A DNA stretch of 64,000 nucleotides, from positions 58,808 through 122,807 of the forward strand of contig CAYTRR010000010.1 in the NCBI GenBank assembly GCA_964440275.1. The letters run 5' to 3'. The translations under genes and the position numbers were made by a program. How positions within the stretch are numbered: position 1 is the stretch's first letter; every line of letters starts with the position of its first letter. The notes under the pieces were generated by a model that saw nothing but the letters and a program-made list of their open reading frames with translations, was not told the origin of the DNA and made no database searches. Positions 50,001 to 61,893 of this stretch are shown here, piece after piece. This DNA is from an uncultured Spirochaetales bacterium. Its GTDB lineage: Bacteria > Desulfobacterota_D > UBA1144.

Positions 50001-51632
50001 CTAGCTAAACATCTCTTTGTTTCTTTTAGACTTATGAAAAGTTATTGCGAATCGATGAGCTTCGTCTCTTGCCCTAACCAAAATGCCAAATTCTTCAATA
50101 TTATTCTTAAAGTCGGCTGGTTTTTTTTGATTAGGTAAGTAGATTTTGTCTGTTTTCTCGTTTTTTCGTGGTTTTGCAATTGAAGCGATGTTTATGTCTG
50201 AATTTAATATTTTAGAAATCCTATTTAGATGGCCTTTGCCACCATCAATTAAGATTAAATCAGGTTTTTCCCATCCATTTTGACCTATCCTTTTCAATCT
50301 TCTAGAAACTACTTCTTCCATCATTGTATAATCGTTCGGACCTTTACTTTTAACCTTAAATTTTCTATAAAAACTTTTTTGGGGTTTTCCATTTATAAAA
50401 GTCACCATTGAGCCGACGGGGTTTGTTCCTTGAGTGTTTGAAATATCAAAACATTCAATTCTTTTTGGGACTCTATATAAACGCATTATATTTTTTAGAT
50501 TGCTAAGAGTTAGATTAGTTTCTTTTTCTGATTTGATATTATTCTTTATATGATCTTCAGCATTATTCTTAGCTAATTCAATAAGTTTATTTTTCTTACC
50601 TTTCTTTGGAATCTGAATATTTATTTTTTTAAGTCCTATTGCTAACAAATCTTCTTTTAATTCAGTCAAATATTGAAATTCATTAGACAACAAAATACCA
50701 TCAGGCGTTGAAATTTGTTTAGAGTAAAATTGAGAGATTAGCTGATAAATTTCTATTTCAAGCTGTTTTGTTTTACTTGTAAAAAACAAATCTGCTTTGT
50801 CGATAATATAACCACCACGTATAAATAAAATAATTATCTGAACTCGGTTTTTACTAGAAGCAAAGCCTACCACATCTAGATTGCTAACTTTTTGTAATGA
50901 TTTCGTATCAAATACTGGATTATTTTTTAAAGTCTCAAATTGGTCTCTATAAAATGCGGCTTCTTCAAACCTTTCTTCTTTTGCCATCAACTCCATTTTA
51001 CTTTTAATTTTTTGTTTTAGTTTGGCAACTTTACCTTTAAATATATCTACTACAAAATCTATATTCGTTACATAATCTTTTTCTAATCCAGTTTCATCAC
51101 AAGGACCCAAACACAATCCAATATTTTTAAATATACAGGCCCTATCTTTATGTCTATTAAATTTAGCATCAGTACAATCTCTAACACCAAATAACTTTTG
51201 TATTAATCTTTTTGTCTCGTACAGAGATTGAGATGACTTAAAAGGACCGAGATATATTGACTCCTTGTCGTCACATTTTCTAGCTATAGAAATTCGTGGA
51301 TATAATTTATTAATTTCTAATCTTAGTGACGCATAAGTTTTATCATCTTTTAAAAGAATATTGTATTTTGGTTGCTTATTTTTAATAGTTCTATTCTCTA
51401 AAAGTAGAGCATCCTCTTCAGTCTTAGTTGAAATAAAATCTAAATCGTCAGCTTCTTGCATTAAAAAATCAATATTTCTTCTAGAATCTTTCGATTTGTA
51501 GAAATAAGTACGAACACGTTTTTTAATATTTTTTGCTTTTCCAACATAAATTGCTTCATGTTTTCGATTTTTGAATATATATATCCCTGGTTTTTCTGGC
51601 AAATCAGACAATCGCTTCTTATTTATAATCAC
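50001..51632 (-). CDS. uvrC: Excinuclease ABC subunit C
   Basis: GIY-YIG N-terminus (GIYIFKN...YVGKAKNIKKR). 543 aa. Confidence 0.85.
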   Translation of the reverse strand: MIINKKRLSDLPEKPGIYIFKNRKHEAIYVGKAKNIKKRVRTYFYKSKDSRRNIDFLMQEADDLDFISTKTEEDALLLENRTIKNKQPKYNILLKDDKTYASLRLEINKLYPRISIARKCDDKESIYLGPFKSSQSLYETKRLIQKLFGVRDCTDAKFNRHKDRACIFKNIGLCLGPCDETGLEKDYVTNIDFVVDIFKGKVAKLKQKIKSKMELMAKEERFEEAAFYRDQFETLKNNPVFDTKSLQKVSNLDVVGFASSKNRVQIIILFIRGGYIIDKADLFFTSKTKQLEIEIYQLISQFYSKQISTPDGILLSNEFQYLTELKEDLLAIGLKKINIQIPKKGKKNKLIELAKNNAEDHIKNNIKSEKETNLTLSNLKNIMRLYRVPKRIECFDISNTQGTNPVGSMVTFINGKPQKSFYRKFKVKSKGPNDYTMMEEVVSRRLKRIGQNGWEKPDLILIDGGKGHLNRISKILNSDINIASIAKPRKNEKTDKIYLPNQKKPADFKNNIEEFGILVRARDEAHRFAITFHKSKRNKEMFS

Positions 51633-51686
51633 TTACTTATGTTATCCGATTTTGCAAATTTAGAAAATCTGATAACTTTTAATAGT

Positions 51687-52349
51687 ATGAAGATCTTTGA
51701 GATAGGAAAGATAATAAGAAAAATTCAAGAATGTAGACAAAATAGCTCCCCAACTGCCGTTGAAAGCTTTATCGAACTAAACAAAAAGAGGAACCCTTTT
51801 AAGGTTTTAATCTCCACAATAATTAGCCTTAGAACCAAGGACGAAGTTACTTACAAAGCCTCTAAAGCATTATTTAAGCTTGCTTCAACTCCCCAAAGAA
51901 TGTCTTTATTAACTCTAAAACAAATCCAGAATGCAATTTATCCTTGTGGATTTTATAAGAATAAATCAAAAATAATTAACAATATATCTAAAAGAATTTT
52001 AAATGAATACAATGGAAAAACTCCTGACTCTATAGATGAATTATTGAAATTCAAAGGTGTAGGAAGAAAAACGGCGAATTTGGTTATCATATTAGGATAT
52101 AACAAGTTAGGGATCTGTGTTGATACACATGTACACAGAATATTCAACAGAATAGGGTACGTTGATACAAAAAGCCCAGACGAAACGGAAAATGAACTCA
52201 GAAAGAAATTACCTAAAAAATACTGGATGCCAATAAATTCCTTGTTTGTTTTTTATGGACAAAAAATCTGTAAGCCAATCTCTCCTTATTGTTCTAAATG
52301 CACTATAAATGAAGACTGTAAAAAGAAAGGTGTAACAACCAAAAGATAA
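51687..52349 (+). CDS. nth: Endonuclease III (HhH-GPD glycosylase with a 4Fe-4S cluster)
   Basis: HhH-GPD motif (VDTHVHRI) and C-x6-C-x2-C-x5-C. Start set at the internal MKIFEIGK to avoid overlap with uvrC. Confidence 0.8.
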   Translation: MKIFEIGKIIRKIQECRQNSSPTAVESFIELNKKRNPFKVLISTIISLRTKDEVTYKASKALFKLASTPQRMSLLTLKQIQNAIYPCGFYKNKSKIINNISKRILNEYNGKTPDSIDELLKFKGVGRKTANLVIILGYNKLGICVDTHVHRIFNRIGYVDTKSPDETENELRKKLPKKYWMPINSLFVFYGQKICKPISPYCSKCTINEDCKKKGVTTKR

Positions 52350-52390
52350 TAAACCCTATCAATTAAAACAGGGTTTATTACTTTGTTTTT

Positions 52391-53809
52391 CTATACACTA
52401 TAGTACAAGACAAATTCAAATGGATTTGGTCTCGCACGCCATGGTGTAATTTCTTCATCCATTTTATAGTCGATGTATGACTGAATCAAATCTTCAGTAA
52501 ACACATCACCTTCTAGAAGAAATTTATGATCCTTTTTTAAAGCATCCAAAGCTTCATCTAGAGCTGCTGGGACAGAGGGGTACCTTTTTAATTCCCTTTG
52601 TGAAAGGGAGTAAATATCTTTCTCTAGTTCTGGTGTAGGTTCAATTTTATTTTTAATTCCATCAAGTCCAGCCATTAGTAGAGCTGCAAAAATAAGATAA
52701 CAATTTCCCGCAGGGTCTGGGAATCTGGTTTCAATTCTTTTTGCTTTTGGATTCTCAGAATACATTGGAATTCTTATAGCAGCGCTTCTATTTCTGGCGG
52801 AATGAGCAAGAATGATAGGCGCTTCATATCCAGGAACTAGTCTTTTGTATGAATTAATTGTCGAGTTAGAGAAAGCACAAATTGCCCTTGCATGTTTCAG
52901 CACTCCCCCTACGTAATGTAAAGCCATATCGCTCAAACCAGCATATTCTTTTCCTGCAAATAAAGGTGTTGAGCCTTTCCAAATAGATTGATGTACATGC
53001 ATACCCGAACCATTATCTACATATACTGGTTTCGGCATAAATGTGGCAGACTTTCCATGCAATTTTGCTACATTTTTAACAACATATTTGTACCACATAA
53101 CATTATCTGCCATTGTTTTTAAAGGAGCAAACTTCATATCTATCTCTGCTTGACCAGGACCTCCAACTTCATGATGATGACATTCAACAGTAAGACCACA
53201 GTCTTGCATAATGCTAACCATTTCTGATCTTATATCTTGATATGTATCGTTAGGTGAAGTAGGAAAGTAACCTTCTTTGTATCTAATTTTATGTCCAAGG
53301 TTTGGAACCTCATCCTCACCTGAATTCCATTCACCTTCTACAGAATCAACTGAATGAAACGCTTGGTTTGGTGAGAATTCATATCTTACATCATCAAAGA
53401 TAAAAAATTCTAGTTCTGGACCAAAATATGCGGTATCTCCGAGACCTGTTTTTTTAAGATACTCTTCGGCTTTTGTAGCCACATATCTTGGATCTTTGTC
53501 ATACCTTGTTTTTGTTACAGCATCTTTAATATCACAAATTATTGAAAGGGTACTATGAGATGTAAATGGATCTAGTACAGCAGTGGAAGGATCAGGAACA
53601 ATTAACATATCACTATTATTTATATCCTGCCAAATTCTTACACTTGAACCATCAAACCCTAAACCGTCTTCAAAAACACTTGCATCAATTTCGGACGCTG
53701 GGAAGGAAGTGTGTTGCCAAGTGCCTAACAAATCACAAAACCTCATATCTACAAATTCTACTTTTTTAGATTTAATTAGCTCTAATACATCGTTAACGTT
53801 ATATCCCAT
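52391..53809 (-). CDS. glnA: Glutamine synthetase type I
   Basis: 472 aa, GSI signatures. Confidence 0.92.
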   Translation of the reverse strand: MGYNVNDVLELIKSKKVEFVDMRFCDLLGTWQHTSFPASEIDASVFEDGLGFDGSSVRIWQDINNSDMLIVPDPSTAVLDPFTSHSTLSIICDIKDAVTKTRYDKDPRYVATKAEEYLKKTGLGDTAYFGPELEFFIFDDVRYEFSPNQAFHSVDSVEGEWNSGEDEVPNLGHKIRYKEGYFPTSPNDTYQDIRSEMVSIMQDCGLTVECHHHEVGGPGQAEIDMKFAPLKTMADNVMWYKYVVKNVAKLHGKSATFMPKPVYVDNGSGMHVHQSIWKGSTPLFAGKEYAGLSDMALHYVGGVLKHARAICAFSNSTINSYKRLVPGYEAPIILAHSARNRSAAIRIPMYSENPKAKRIETRFPDPAGNCYLIFAALLMAGLDGIKNKIEPTPELEKDIYSLSQRELKRYPSVPAALDEALDALKKDHKFLLEGDVFTEDLIQSYIDYKMDEEITPWRARPNPFEFVLYYSV

Positions 53810-53848
53810 GAAACACCTCCTAAATATTTCATCTGAAAAAAATTTTAT

Positions 53849-54223
<375 letters not shown>

Positions 54224-54307
54224 TTATGATACATTTAAAAGAAATATTACGAAACACACATCTCTTTTTCTATTTATATAACAGCAAAATTCGTGCCAAG
54301 AATGTTA

Positions 54308-56032
54308 CTATTTTCTAGCACTAAATTTAAGCCCGGCTCCCGCTCTATCCCATGTTTTATCAGTGATTTCTTTAAGCTCCGCAACCTTTACTTTCTGAGA
54401 GGCAGTCATTGGAAAACCACCTTCAAAAATTTCTATAAACCTTGGAACCATTGCTATAATGGTCTTTTCTGCCATCCATTTACAAAACTCTGCATGATCA
54501 TATTTTTCACCATCATTTAGAATAATATTAAGTTTTAACTCGTCGTCTGAAATATCTGGAAGCCTCACACCTACAGCTATAGCATCTTGTATAGCAGGAT
54601 ATTCGAGTGCTAAATCAGCTACCGCTATAGGGTCAACGTTTTCACCGGAAACTCTCAATCTAGAGTATCTACCTTGGAAATAATATCTACCATCAGTCCC
54701 CGCAGCAAAAATATCATCAGAATTAAAAAATCCATCATCATCAAACGCTTCTCTAGTTCTTCTTTCGTCCTTAAAATATTCATTAAGTGTAGTGTTTGGA
54801 ACTAAAGGTCTAATAAAAAGTAGCCCTTTTGCACTTTCAGGAGGTGATTTTTCAACTTCTGGGTCCCAATGAGGTTTAATAACTTCTTCTATGTTTTCCG
54901 GGTTTCTAATTTCTAGATAATATCCATCTACCGTGTAACCGCAAGATCCAACTCTTTCATCCTCGGCATATTTCCATAAAGGCATACCCATTTCTGTAGA
55001 ACCATATCCCTCTATTATTTTTAAATTAAATCTCTGTTCAAATTCTTTCAAATTTTTAGGAGCAGGTCCGGCTAGTACAAATCTAATTTTATGTGCTTGA
55101 TCGTATTCACTAGTCTTAGAAGACCAAAGATATTCTGAGACTGCACCCAAAAAATTTGTTATAGTAGCTTCACAATCACGTGCCCATTTAAAAAAGTTTG
55201 ACGCAGAAAATCTAGGAAAAAAAACAGCAGTAGCTCCTGCACCTATAGCGCTAAATAAGCACATAGCTTGCGCATTCGCATGCCCTAAAGAAAGAACGCT
55301 CATCAATATGTCATCCGAGCCGACGCCTTGCTGTAAGTAACTCCTAACTGTCATTATTATTCCGCCATGTTCTCTCACAACACCTTTTGGGAGACCTGTC
55401 GTTCCAGAGGTAAACATACATCTTTCTTTATCTTTAATTAATACTTCAATGTTAGGGTTCTCAGTTGCAAACTCATAAAGATTATTGAATGGCCTAGAAT
55501 CTATATTGCCAATCTTCTCAGGCACCTCTTTTGGCTCCCCTGTAACGTAAATAATTTTGAGGTTTTCTAATTTATCTGCTATTTCTTGAATTAGTGGAAG
55601 ACCAGAAGGGTCAACTACTAGCGCAACCATTTCAGAGTAATTTATCACATAAGACAATCTTTCCCCTTTCTCATCTTTATTGATAGGAACTTGGATTCCA
55701 CCAGTCTTATGTATTCCAATTATAGATAAAACAAATTCAGCACAGTTGAGCATATACATCCCAACTTTATCACCTTTTTTAATACCAACTTCTTCTATTA
55801 ACCCATTTGCAACTTGGTTTGCTTTTTCGTTTGTTTCTTTATAAGAATAAGTTTCAATAACTTTTCCCTCACCATCCCCTATCTTAAACATAGGTTTGTC
55901 AGGATGGCTAATAGCACCATCTTCTAAATATTTTGTTATTGGTTTCCAAGTGGAAGTATCATCAAAAGTTCCATTCGGAAGCTCTCCAACTCCTAAATAT
56001 TTTTTATCTACCGGTCGAAAAAAAAGCCTCAT
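54308..56032 (-). CDS. AMP-dependent acyl-CoA synthetase/ligase (paralogue 2 of a tandem pair)
   Basis: TSGTTGLPKG motif. 574 aa. Confidence 0.8.
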   Translation of the reverse strand: MRLFFRPVDKKYLGVGELPNGTFDDTSTWKPITKYLEDGAISHPDKPMFKIGDGEGKVIETYSYKETNEKANQVANGLIEEVGIKKGDKVGMYMLNCAEFVLSIIGIHKTGGIQVPINKDEKGERLSYVINYSEMVALVVDPSGLPLIQEIADKLENLKIIYVTGEPKEVPEKIGNIDSRPFNNLYEFATENPNIEVLIKDKERCMFTSGTTGLPKGVVREHGGIIMTVRSYLQQGVGSDDILMSVLSLGHANAQAMCLFSAIGAGATAVFFPRFSASNFFKWARDCEATITNFLGAVSEYLWSSKTSEYDQAHKIRFVLAGPAPKNLKEFEQRFNLKIIEGYGSTEMGMPLWKYAEDERVGSCGYTVDGYYLEIRNPENIEEVIKPHWDPEVEKSPPESAKGLLFIRPLVPNTTLNEYFKDERRTREAFDDDGFFNSDDIFAAGTDGRYYFQGRYSRLRVSGENVDPIAVADLALEYPAIQDAIAVGVRLPDISDDELKLNIILNDGEKYDHAEFCKWMAEKTIIAMVPRFIEIFEGGFPMTASQKVKVAELKEITDKTWDRAGAGLKFSARK

Positions 56033-56037
56033 ATTAT

Positions 56038-57765
56038 TTACTTTCTAGCACTAAATTTAAGCCCAGATTCTGCCCTATCCCATGTTTTGTCAGTGATTTC
56101 TTTAAGCTCTGCAACCTTTACTTTCTGTGTTGCAGTGACTGGAAATCCCTCTTCAAAAATTTCTATAAACCTTGGAACCATTGCAATGATAGCTTTTTCT
56201 GCCATCCATGTGCAAAACTCTGCATGATCATATTTTTCACCATCTTTTAAAATGATATTAAGCTTTAATTCATCATCAGATACATCTGGAAGCCTTACTC
56301 CTACAGCTATAGCATCCTGTATAGAAGGATATTCGAGTGCAAGATCAGCAACCGCAACAGGGTCAACATTTTCACCAGACACTCTTAATCTAGTGTGCCT
56401 TCCTATAAAATAATATCTTCCATCAGTACCACAAGCCATTACGTCATCAGAATTAAAGAATCCATCATCGTCAAACGCTTCTCTCGTCCTTCTTTCATCC
56501 TTAAAATATTCATTTAGTGTCGTATTTGCTACCAGTGGCCTAATATATAGAATTCCCTTTGCTGAATCTGGTGGATCAGAATCAACGTATGGATCCCAAT
56601 GAGGTCTTATAACTTCCTCAACCTTTTCAGGATTTCTTAGTTCAACATAGAAACCTTCAGTGGGATATCCCATTGATCTATCTCTAGGGTCTTCCGGGTT
56701 TTTCCACAAAACCATTCCCATTTCGGTCGAACCATAACCATCTATTACTCTTACATTAAATCTTTTCTGAAAATCTATTAAATTTCTTGGGGCTGGAGAA
56801 CCTAGCATGATTCTAACGTTATGTTTTTGATCATATTCGCTAGGTTTCGAAGAGAAAAGATATTCTGCTACAGCGCCTAGCATGTTAACACAAGTTGCTC
56901 CACAATCATGAGCCCACTTAAAGAAGTTTGATGCAGAAAATCTAGGAAAGAAAACAGCAGTAGCTCCTGCACCAATAGATGTAAACAAACACATAGCTTG
57001 AGCATTCGCATGTCCTAGAGAGAGAACACTCATCATGGTGTCATCGCTTCTAATTCCTTGTTGTTGGAGGTAGGCTCTAACTGTTAAAACGACACCTCCA
57101 TGTTCTCTAACAACACCTTTTGGCATGCCAGTAGTCCCTGAAGTGAACATACACCTTTCTTTGTCACTTATTAAAACATCAACATTAGGATTTTCTGATG
57201 AAAACTCAGAAAGATTATTAAATGACTCAGCAGCTATGTTCCCAATCTTTTCAGGAACATCAGATTTTTCACCTGTGACATATATTACTTTTATATTTTC
57301 TAATTTGTCTGCTATTTCTTGAATTAGTGGAAGACCTGAAGGATCAACTACTAGTGCTACTTGATCGGAATAATTAATTATATAAGCTAGCCTTTCCCCT
57401 TTCTCATCTTTATTGATAGGAACTTGGATTCCACCAGTCTTATGTATTGCAATGATAGATAAAACAAATTCAGCACAGTTGAGCATATACATCCCAACTT
57501 TGTCGCCTTTCTTAACTCCAACTTTTTCTATTAATCCATTTGCAACTTGGTTTGCTTTTTCGTTTGTTTCTTTATAAGAATAAGTTTCAATAACTTTTCC
57601 CTCACCATTGGCAATTTTAAACATGGGTTTGTCCGGATAGTTAACAGCACCATCTTCTAAATATTTTGTCATTGGTTTCCAAGTGGAAGTATCATCAAAA
57701 GTTCCATTCGGAAGCCCTCCTTCTCCTGTATATTCAGCAGAACGTGTTTTAAATAATAATTGCAT
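56038..57765 (-). CDS. AMP-dependent acyl-CoA synthetase/ligase (paralogue 1 of a tandem pair)
   Basis: TSGTTGMPKG motif. 575 aa. About 80% identical to the downstream copy. Confidence 0.8.
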   Translation of the reverse strand: MQLLFKTRSAEYTGEGGLPNGTFDDTSTWKPMTKYLEDGAVNYPDKPMFKIANGEGKVIETYSYKETNEKANQVANGLIEKVGVKKGDKVGMYMLNCAEFVLSIIAIHKTGGIQVPINKDEKGERLAYIINYSDQVALVVDPSGLPLIQEIADKLENIKVIYVTGEKSDVPEKIGNIAAESFNNLSEFSSENPNVDVLISDKERCMFTSGTTGMPKGVVREHGGVVLTVRAYLQQQGIRSDDTMMSVLSLGHANAQAMCLFTSIGAGATAVFFPRFSASNFFKWAHDCGATCVNMLGAVAEYLFSSKPSEYDQKHNVRIMLGSPAPRNLIDFQKRFNVRVIDGYGSTEMGMVLWKNPEDPRDRSMGYPTEGFYVELRNPEKVEEVIRPHWDPYVDSDPPDSAKGILYIRPLVANTTLNEYFKDERRTREAFDDDGFFNSDDVMACGTDGRYYFIGRHTRLRVSGENVDPVAVADLALEYPSIQDAIAVGVRLPDVSDDELKLNIILKDGEKYDHAEFCTWMAEKAIIAMVPRFIEIFEEGFPVTATQKVKVAELKEITDKTWDRAESGLKFSARK

Positions 57766-57859
57766 AAAGTCACCCCTTTAATTAAATATAATGTGCTAAT
57801 TATTAAAAATAGCTAATAGACTATATAGGTTGCCATATAATTTTGCAGTATTAAAGTCT

Positions 57860-58657
57860 TTAAAAGAAAGTTGATTTTTTTATTTTGACCATAAAATTTG
57901 TTATTTCCTTGATAATTGATGATTTTTTCTTCAGATTCCTTTCAATTTGCTTAATAATTGCACTTCCTATTACTATTCCATCTGTGATATTTTTAAGTTC
58001 ATTAACGTGGGATGGTTGAGATATTCCAAAACCAACGCATATAGGTTTTTTTGTTCTTTCTTTAATGTTCTTTATGAAACTTTTAAGGTTTTTATCCAGC
58101 ATCTTTCTAACCCCAGTTACCCCTGTTACAGAGACTACATATATAAATGAGTTTGATAGTTCCGATATGACCTTAATCCTTTTTTCTGTACTTGTGGGTG
58201 CTATTAAATAAATTAGTTCTATACCGGCTTTGTTAGCAGCACGTTGAGCCTCATAAGATTCTTCTGGGGGTAGGTCAACAATAAGAATGCCTTCAGCGCC
58301 AGATGTTCTAATATCTTTCATGATTTTGTCCAATCCATATCTAAGGAATGGATTGTAGTAACCAAACAATATAATAGGAGTTGCATATTTTTTTCTAAAC
58401 TTTTTTATCAAATCTAAAGCGGTTGATATAGTAACATTATTAGCAAGAGCTCTTTCGCTAGCTTTTTGAATTGTCGGACCGTCAGAAATTGGATCTGAAA
58501 ATGGAATCCCAAGTTCAATAATATCAGAACCATTTTTAGATAATGTTTCCAGAATTTTTAATGATGTATTAATATCTGGGTCACCAGCAGTCGTATAAGT
58601 TACAAAACAAGTTCTTTGTTCTTCTTTGGCTTTTTTTATAGTTTGCAGCAAATTCAT
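57860..58657 (-). CDS. trpA: Tryptophan synthase alpha chain
   Basis: TrpA TIM-barrel signatures (ELGIPFSDP). Confidence 0.9.
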   Translation of the reverse strand: MNLLQTIKKAKEEQRTCFVTYTTAGDPDINTSLKILETLSKNGSDIIELGIPFSDPISDGPTIQKASERALANNVTISTALDLIKKFRKKYATPIILFGYYNPFLRYGLDKIMKDIRTSGAEGILIVDLPPEESYEAQRAANKAGIELIYLIAPTSTEKRIKVISELSNSFIYVVSVTGVTGVRKMLDKNLKSFIKNIKERTKKPICVGFGISQPSHVNELKNITDGIVIGSAIIKQIERNLKKKSSIIKEITNFMVKIKKSTFF

Positions 58658-58661
58658 CTTA

Positions 58662-59870
58662 TCAAATTTTATTTTTTTCTAGAAAGTCATTTACAGACTC
58701 TAAATCTTTATCTCCTCTTCCTGAAAGATTTACAATTACGATTTGATCTTTTCTCATTTTAGAAGCGGCGATAAGAGCATAAGCTAAGGCATGAGAAGTT
58801 TCTAATGCAGCAATAATTCCTTCTTTTTCTGAAAAATATTTAAGAGCTTTCACTGCCTGTTTGTCATTTACCGAAGTGTATTCGACCCTCTTTGTATCAT
58901 TAAGAAATGAATGTTCGGGACCAACTCCTGGATAATCAAGTCCTGCTGAAACAGAATGTGTTTCTGTGACCTGCCCATCTTTGTTTTGTAAAATATATGT
59001 TTTGCTACCATGCAAAACTCCCACTGTACCAGCCGAGATACTTGCTGAGTGCAAACCAGTTTTAATACCATTGCCTCCTGCTTCAACACCAATCATTTTT
59101 ACTTTTTTGTCATTTAAAAAAGGATAAAATAAACCAATCGCATTTGACCCGCCACCAACACAAGCAATGAGTAAGTCGGGAAGTTTTGACTCAATATTTA
59201 AAATTTGTCTTCGAGCTTCTTTTCCAATAATTGCTTGGAAATCTCTAACTATCATAGGGTAAGGATGTGGACCAGCAACACTACCAATTATATAAAAAGT
59301 ATCTTTTACGTTTGTAACCCAGTCACGTAATGCTTCATTTAAAGCATCTTTAAGAGTTTGAGAGCCAGATTTTACTGGAATGACTTTTGCGCCCAACAAT
59401 TTCATTCTTTGAACATTGACAGATTGTCTATAAGTATCTAAAAGACCCATATATATTTCACATTTAAGACCTAAAAGCGCACATATAGTCGCCGTAGCAA
59501 CTCCATGTTGTCCAGCACCAGTTTCCGCAATAATTCGCTTCTTCCCCATAAGCTTGGCTAAGATTGCCTGACCCACTGTGTTATTAATTTTATGAGCACC
59601 CGTGTGAGCTAAATCTTCTCTTTTAAGATAGATTTTTGCTCCGCCTATCTTATTAGAAGTTCTCTCAGCAAAATATAGAGGAGTTGGTCTCCCAACAAAA
59701 TTTTTCAATAGAGAATTAATCTGACGATTAAAATCTTTCTTGTTTTTAATTTTTTTGTAGTTGCTTTCAAGCTCATCCAATGCAGGCATTAGTGTCTCTG
59801 AAACGAACTTCCCTCCATAGGCACCAAATCTTCCATCTTTATCAGGATACTGAGTTATTTTTTTAGACAT
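58662..59870 (-). CDS. trpB: Tryptophan synthase beta chain
   Basis: PLP motif (HTGAHKINN). Confidence 0.92.
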   Translation of the reverse strand: MSKKITQYPDKDGRFGAYGGKFVSETLMPALDELESNYKKIKNKKDFNRQINSLLKNFVGRPTPLYFAERTSNKIGGAKIYLKREDLAHTGAHKINNTVGQAILAKLMGKKRIIAETGAGQHGVATATICALLGLKCEIYMGLLDTYRQSVNVQRMKLLGAKVIPVKSGSQTLKDALNEALRDWVTNVKDTFYIIGSVAGPHPYPMIVRDFQAIIGKEARRQILNIESKLPDLLIACVGGGSNAIGLFYPFLNDKKVKMIGVEAGGNGIKTGLHSASISAGTVGVLHGSKTYILQNKDGQVTETHSVSAGLDYPGVGPEHSFLNDTKRVEYTSVNDKQAVKALKYFSEKEGIIAALETSHALAYALIAASKMRKDQIVIVNLSGRGDKDLESVNDFLEKNKI

Positions 59871-60474
59871 CTTTAACTAATCTTACAATAGATTCCAGTT
59901 TTTTAATATCTTTGTATCCAGGTGACGACTCAACTCCAGAACAAATATCAACAAAATTTACACTCGTTTTCTTCATCGCATCTAAAACATTTGATTCGTT
60001 TATACCCCCAGACAGAATTAATTTTTCTTTTGGAGAAATATTTGAAAGTATATCCCAATTAAATGTTTTACCCGTGCCACCCCTTTCATTAGTATTTGAT
60101 GAATCAAAAAGCCAGTAATCTGATTGATAGTCTAAAATGTATTCTGATAAACCAGGATGCATAGCAGAGAAAGCTTTTATAGTTTTACAATTCAGTTTTT
60201 CTGTCTCTTCGGGAGTTTCTTCTCCGTGAAGTTGTACATAGTCCAAATCTAATTCCAAAATATAATTATTTATTCTATCAGCATCTTCATTAACAAAAAT
60301 ACCAACTTTTAAAATATTTTTACCAATTACGCTAATTAATTTTTCTGCCATCTTAATATTAATAAATCTTTTGCTTTTAGGATAAAAATTAAATCCCACA
60401 AAGTCGATTGGTAAATCTTTACAAAGATTCGCATCATCTACATTCGTAATACCACATATCTTTATTTTATTCAC
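59863..60474 (-). CDS. trpF: Phosphoribosylanthranilate isomerase
   Basis: KICGIT N-terminus. 203 aa. Confidence 0.85.
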   Translation of the reverse strand: MNKIKICGITNVDDANLCKDLPIDFVGFNFYPKSKRFINIKMAEKLISVIGKNILKVGIFVNEDADRINNYILELDLDYVQLHGEETPEETEKLNCKTIKAFSAMHPGLSEYILDYQSDYWLFDSSNTNERGGTGKTFNWDILSNISPKEKLILSGGINESNVLDAMKKTSVNFVDICSGVESSPGYKDIKKLESIVRLVKDV

Positions 60475-61615
60475 TATCTATCAACCTTAAATATTCATCT
60501 TTCATCTTATTGTAATTAAAATTGTCTTTTATAAAAGTTTTAGCCTGCTCACCCATTTGATCTAATTCTTTTCTAGTGGCGTAAGCATGATTAATTTTAT
60601 TAATTATGTCGTTTACATCGTAAGGATTAACAAGAAAGCCAGTTTTGTTCTCAATTATTAATTCTTCTGTCCCACTGTTTCTTGATCCAATCGCAGGAAC
60701 ACCTCTAGCCATGCTTTCCAGGACAACATTTGGAAGACCTTCTATCTTGGAGTTCCAAGTTCTATTGCACAATACGAATAAATCAGCAGCATCATAATAC
60801 TCATGAATGCTCTTGTTTGTTACTCCGCCTACAAAAAAAACTCTTTCATTGAGATTTAATGAACTAACTAGTCTTTTATATTTATCTAGAAATCTACCTT
60901 CACCAACACAAATATATTTAATTTTTGGATTATTAATTTGAGACATTGCTTTGATTACAAAGTCTTGCCCTTTTCTTGGAAGTAGTCGTCCTACTGTTAA
61001 AAGTACAAAATCATTTTCATTGAATCCCAAATCTTTTCTTATTTTTCTTACTTTCTCTTTTGATATGAAATCCGCATCTATTCCATTATACACAAGTCTA
61101 ATTTTTTCTTTTGGAAAAAATTTCTCATAGCCTTCCATTAACATCTTAGTGTTTTTACTAACAGCAATGATTATGCTGGAATTTCTATACAACCTTCTTA
61201 ATAAATATTTTGGAATAATTTTTATTGGATTGCGACTCTTAATTATTGCTTCTATACCCGAACCAGCAATTCGGACAATTTGATTGTTCGCTTTTGAATT
61301 GAACAAGCTTCCAACAATCTCAGCTTCTTCACCAAGGTATAAAATTTTGTCAGGTTTAAATTTTAGCACAAGATTTTTAAGATTTAACAAGCCTACAAAA
61401 TATTGAATTAATGGTATTTTTTTAAAATTTCTACCCCCAGGGAAATCTATTCGCTTAATTTGATAAGCATTATTGTCTGTGTTTTTAATCGAATAAGATG
61501 GACAACATACAATCAATTCATTTTTTGTGCTAATAATCTCAGCTATCCTTTTAGCCGATGTAGCAATACCACCCTGAAATGGTGGAAATTCATGAGTATA
61601 TATCAGAACTTTCAC
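60467..61615 (-). CDS. Glycosyltransferase family 4 (GT-B)
   Basis: EGLPNVVLESMARGVPAI motif. Confidence 0.8.
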   Translation of the reverse strand: MKVLIYTHEFPPFQGGIATSAKRIAEIISTKNELIVCCPSYSIKNTDNNAYQIKRIDFPGGRNFKKIPLIQYFVGLLNLKNLVLKFKPDKILYLGEEAEIVGSLFNSKANNQIVRIAGSGIEAIIKSRNPIKIIPKYLLRRLYRNSSIIIAVSKNTKMLMEGYEKFFPKEKIRLVYNGIDADFISKEKVRKIRKDLGFNENDFVLLTVGRLLPRKGQDFVIKAMSQINNPKIKYICVGEGRFLDKYKRLVSSLNLNERVFFVGGVTNKSIHEYYDAADLFVLCNRTWNSKIEGLPNVVLESMARGVPAIGSRNSGTEELIIENKTGFLVNPYDVNDIINKINHAYATRKELDQMGEQAKTFIKDNFNYNKMKDEYLRLIDSE

Positions 61616-61707
61616 AATCTAATTATATTGTATTCTATTATATATTAAAGATGAGAATTGACACCCTATCTTCATTGAGTTAGCTTATAAATTTGGAGGG
61701 CACATAA

Positions 61708-61893
61708 ATGATTGGACCCATTGGTCTTACAGAGCTTATCGTAATATTATTAATAGTCTTGCTTGTTTTTGGTCCAAGCAAACTAGGAGATATAGGATCT
61801 TCTTTGGGCAAAGGTATTTCAGGTTTTAAAAAGGCTATGAAAGATGAAAATTCAAAAGAAGAAAATAGCGATAACAACAAAGAAGAAAACTAA
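61708..61893 (+). CDS. tatA: Twin-arginine translocase subunit TatA/E
   Basis: N-terminal TM helix with FGP hinge followed by an amphipathic helix. Confidence 0.85.
   Translation: MIGPIGLTELIVILLIVLLVFGPSKLGDIGSSLGKGISGFKKAMKDENSKEENSDNNKEEN

Larger units (their letters stand above)
54308..57765. repeat. Tandem direct duplication of an about 1.73 kb acyl-CoA synthetase gene unit
   Basis: Two head-to-tail copies with near-identical 3' ends and high protein identity throughout. Confidence 0.75.

Noticed and set aside
51558-51686. Long N-terminal extension of the endonuclease III ORF, overlapping uvrC on the opposite strand
   Set aside because: Endonuclease III is about 210-220 aa. The internal start MKIFEIGK at 51687 gives the expected size and removes the overlap.
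54293-56250. ORFs 54293-54520 (+) and 55933-56250 (+) with near-identical protein sequences
   Set aside because: They lie antisense to the duplicated 3' ends of the two acyl-CoA synthetase genes. They are a by-product of the tandem duplication rather than real genes.
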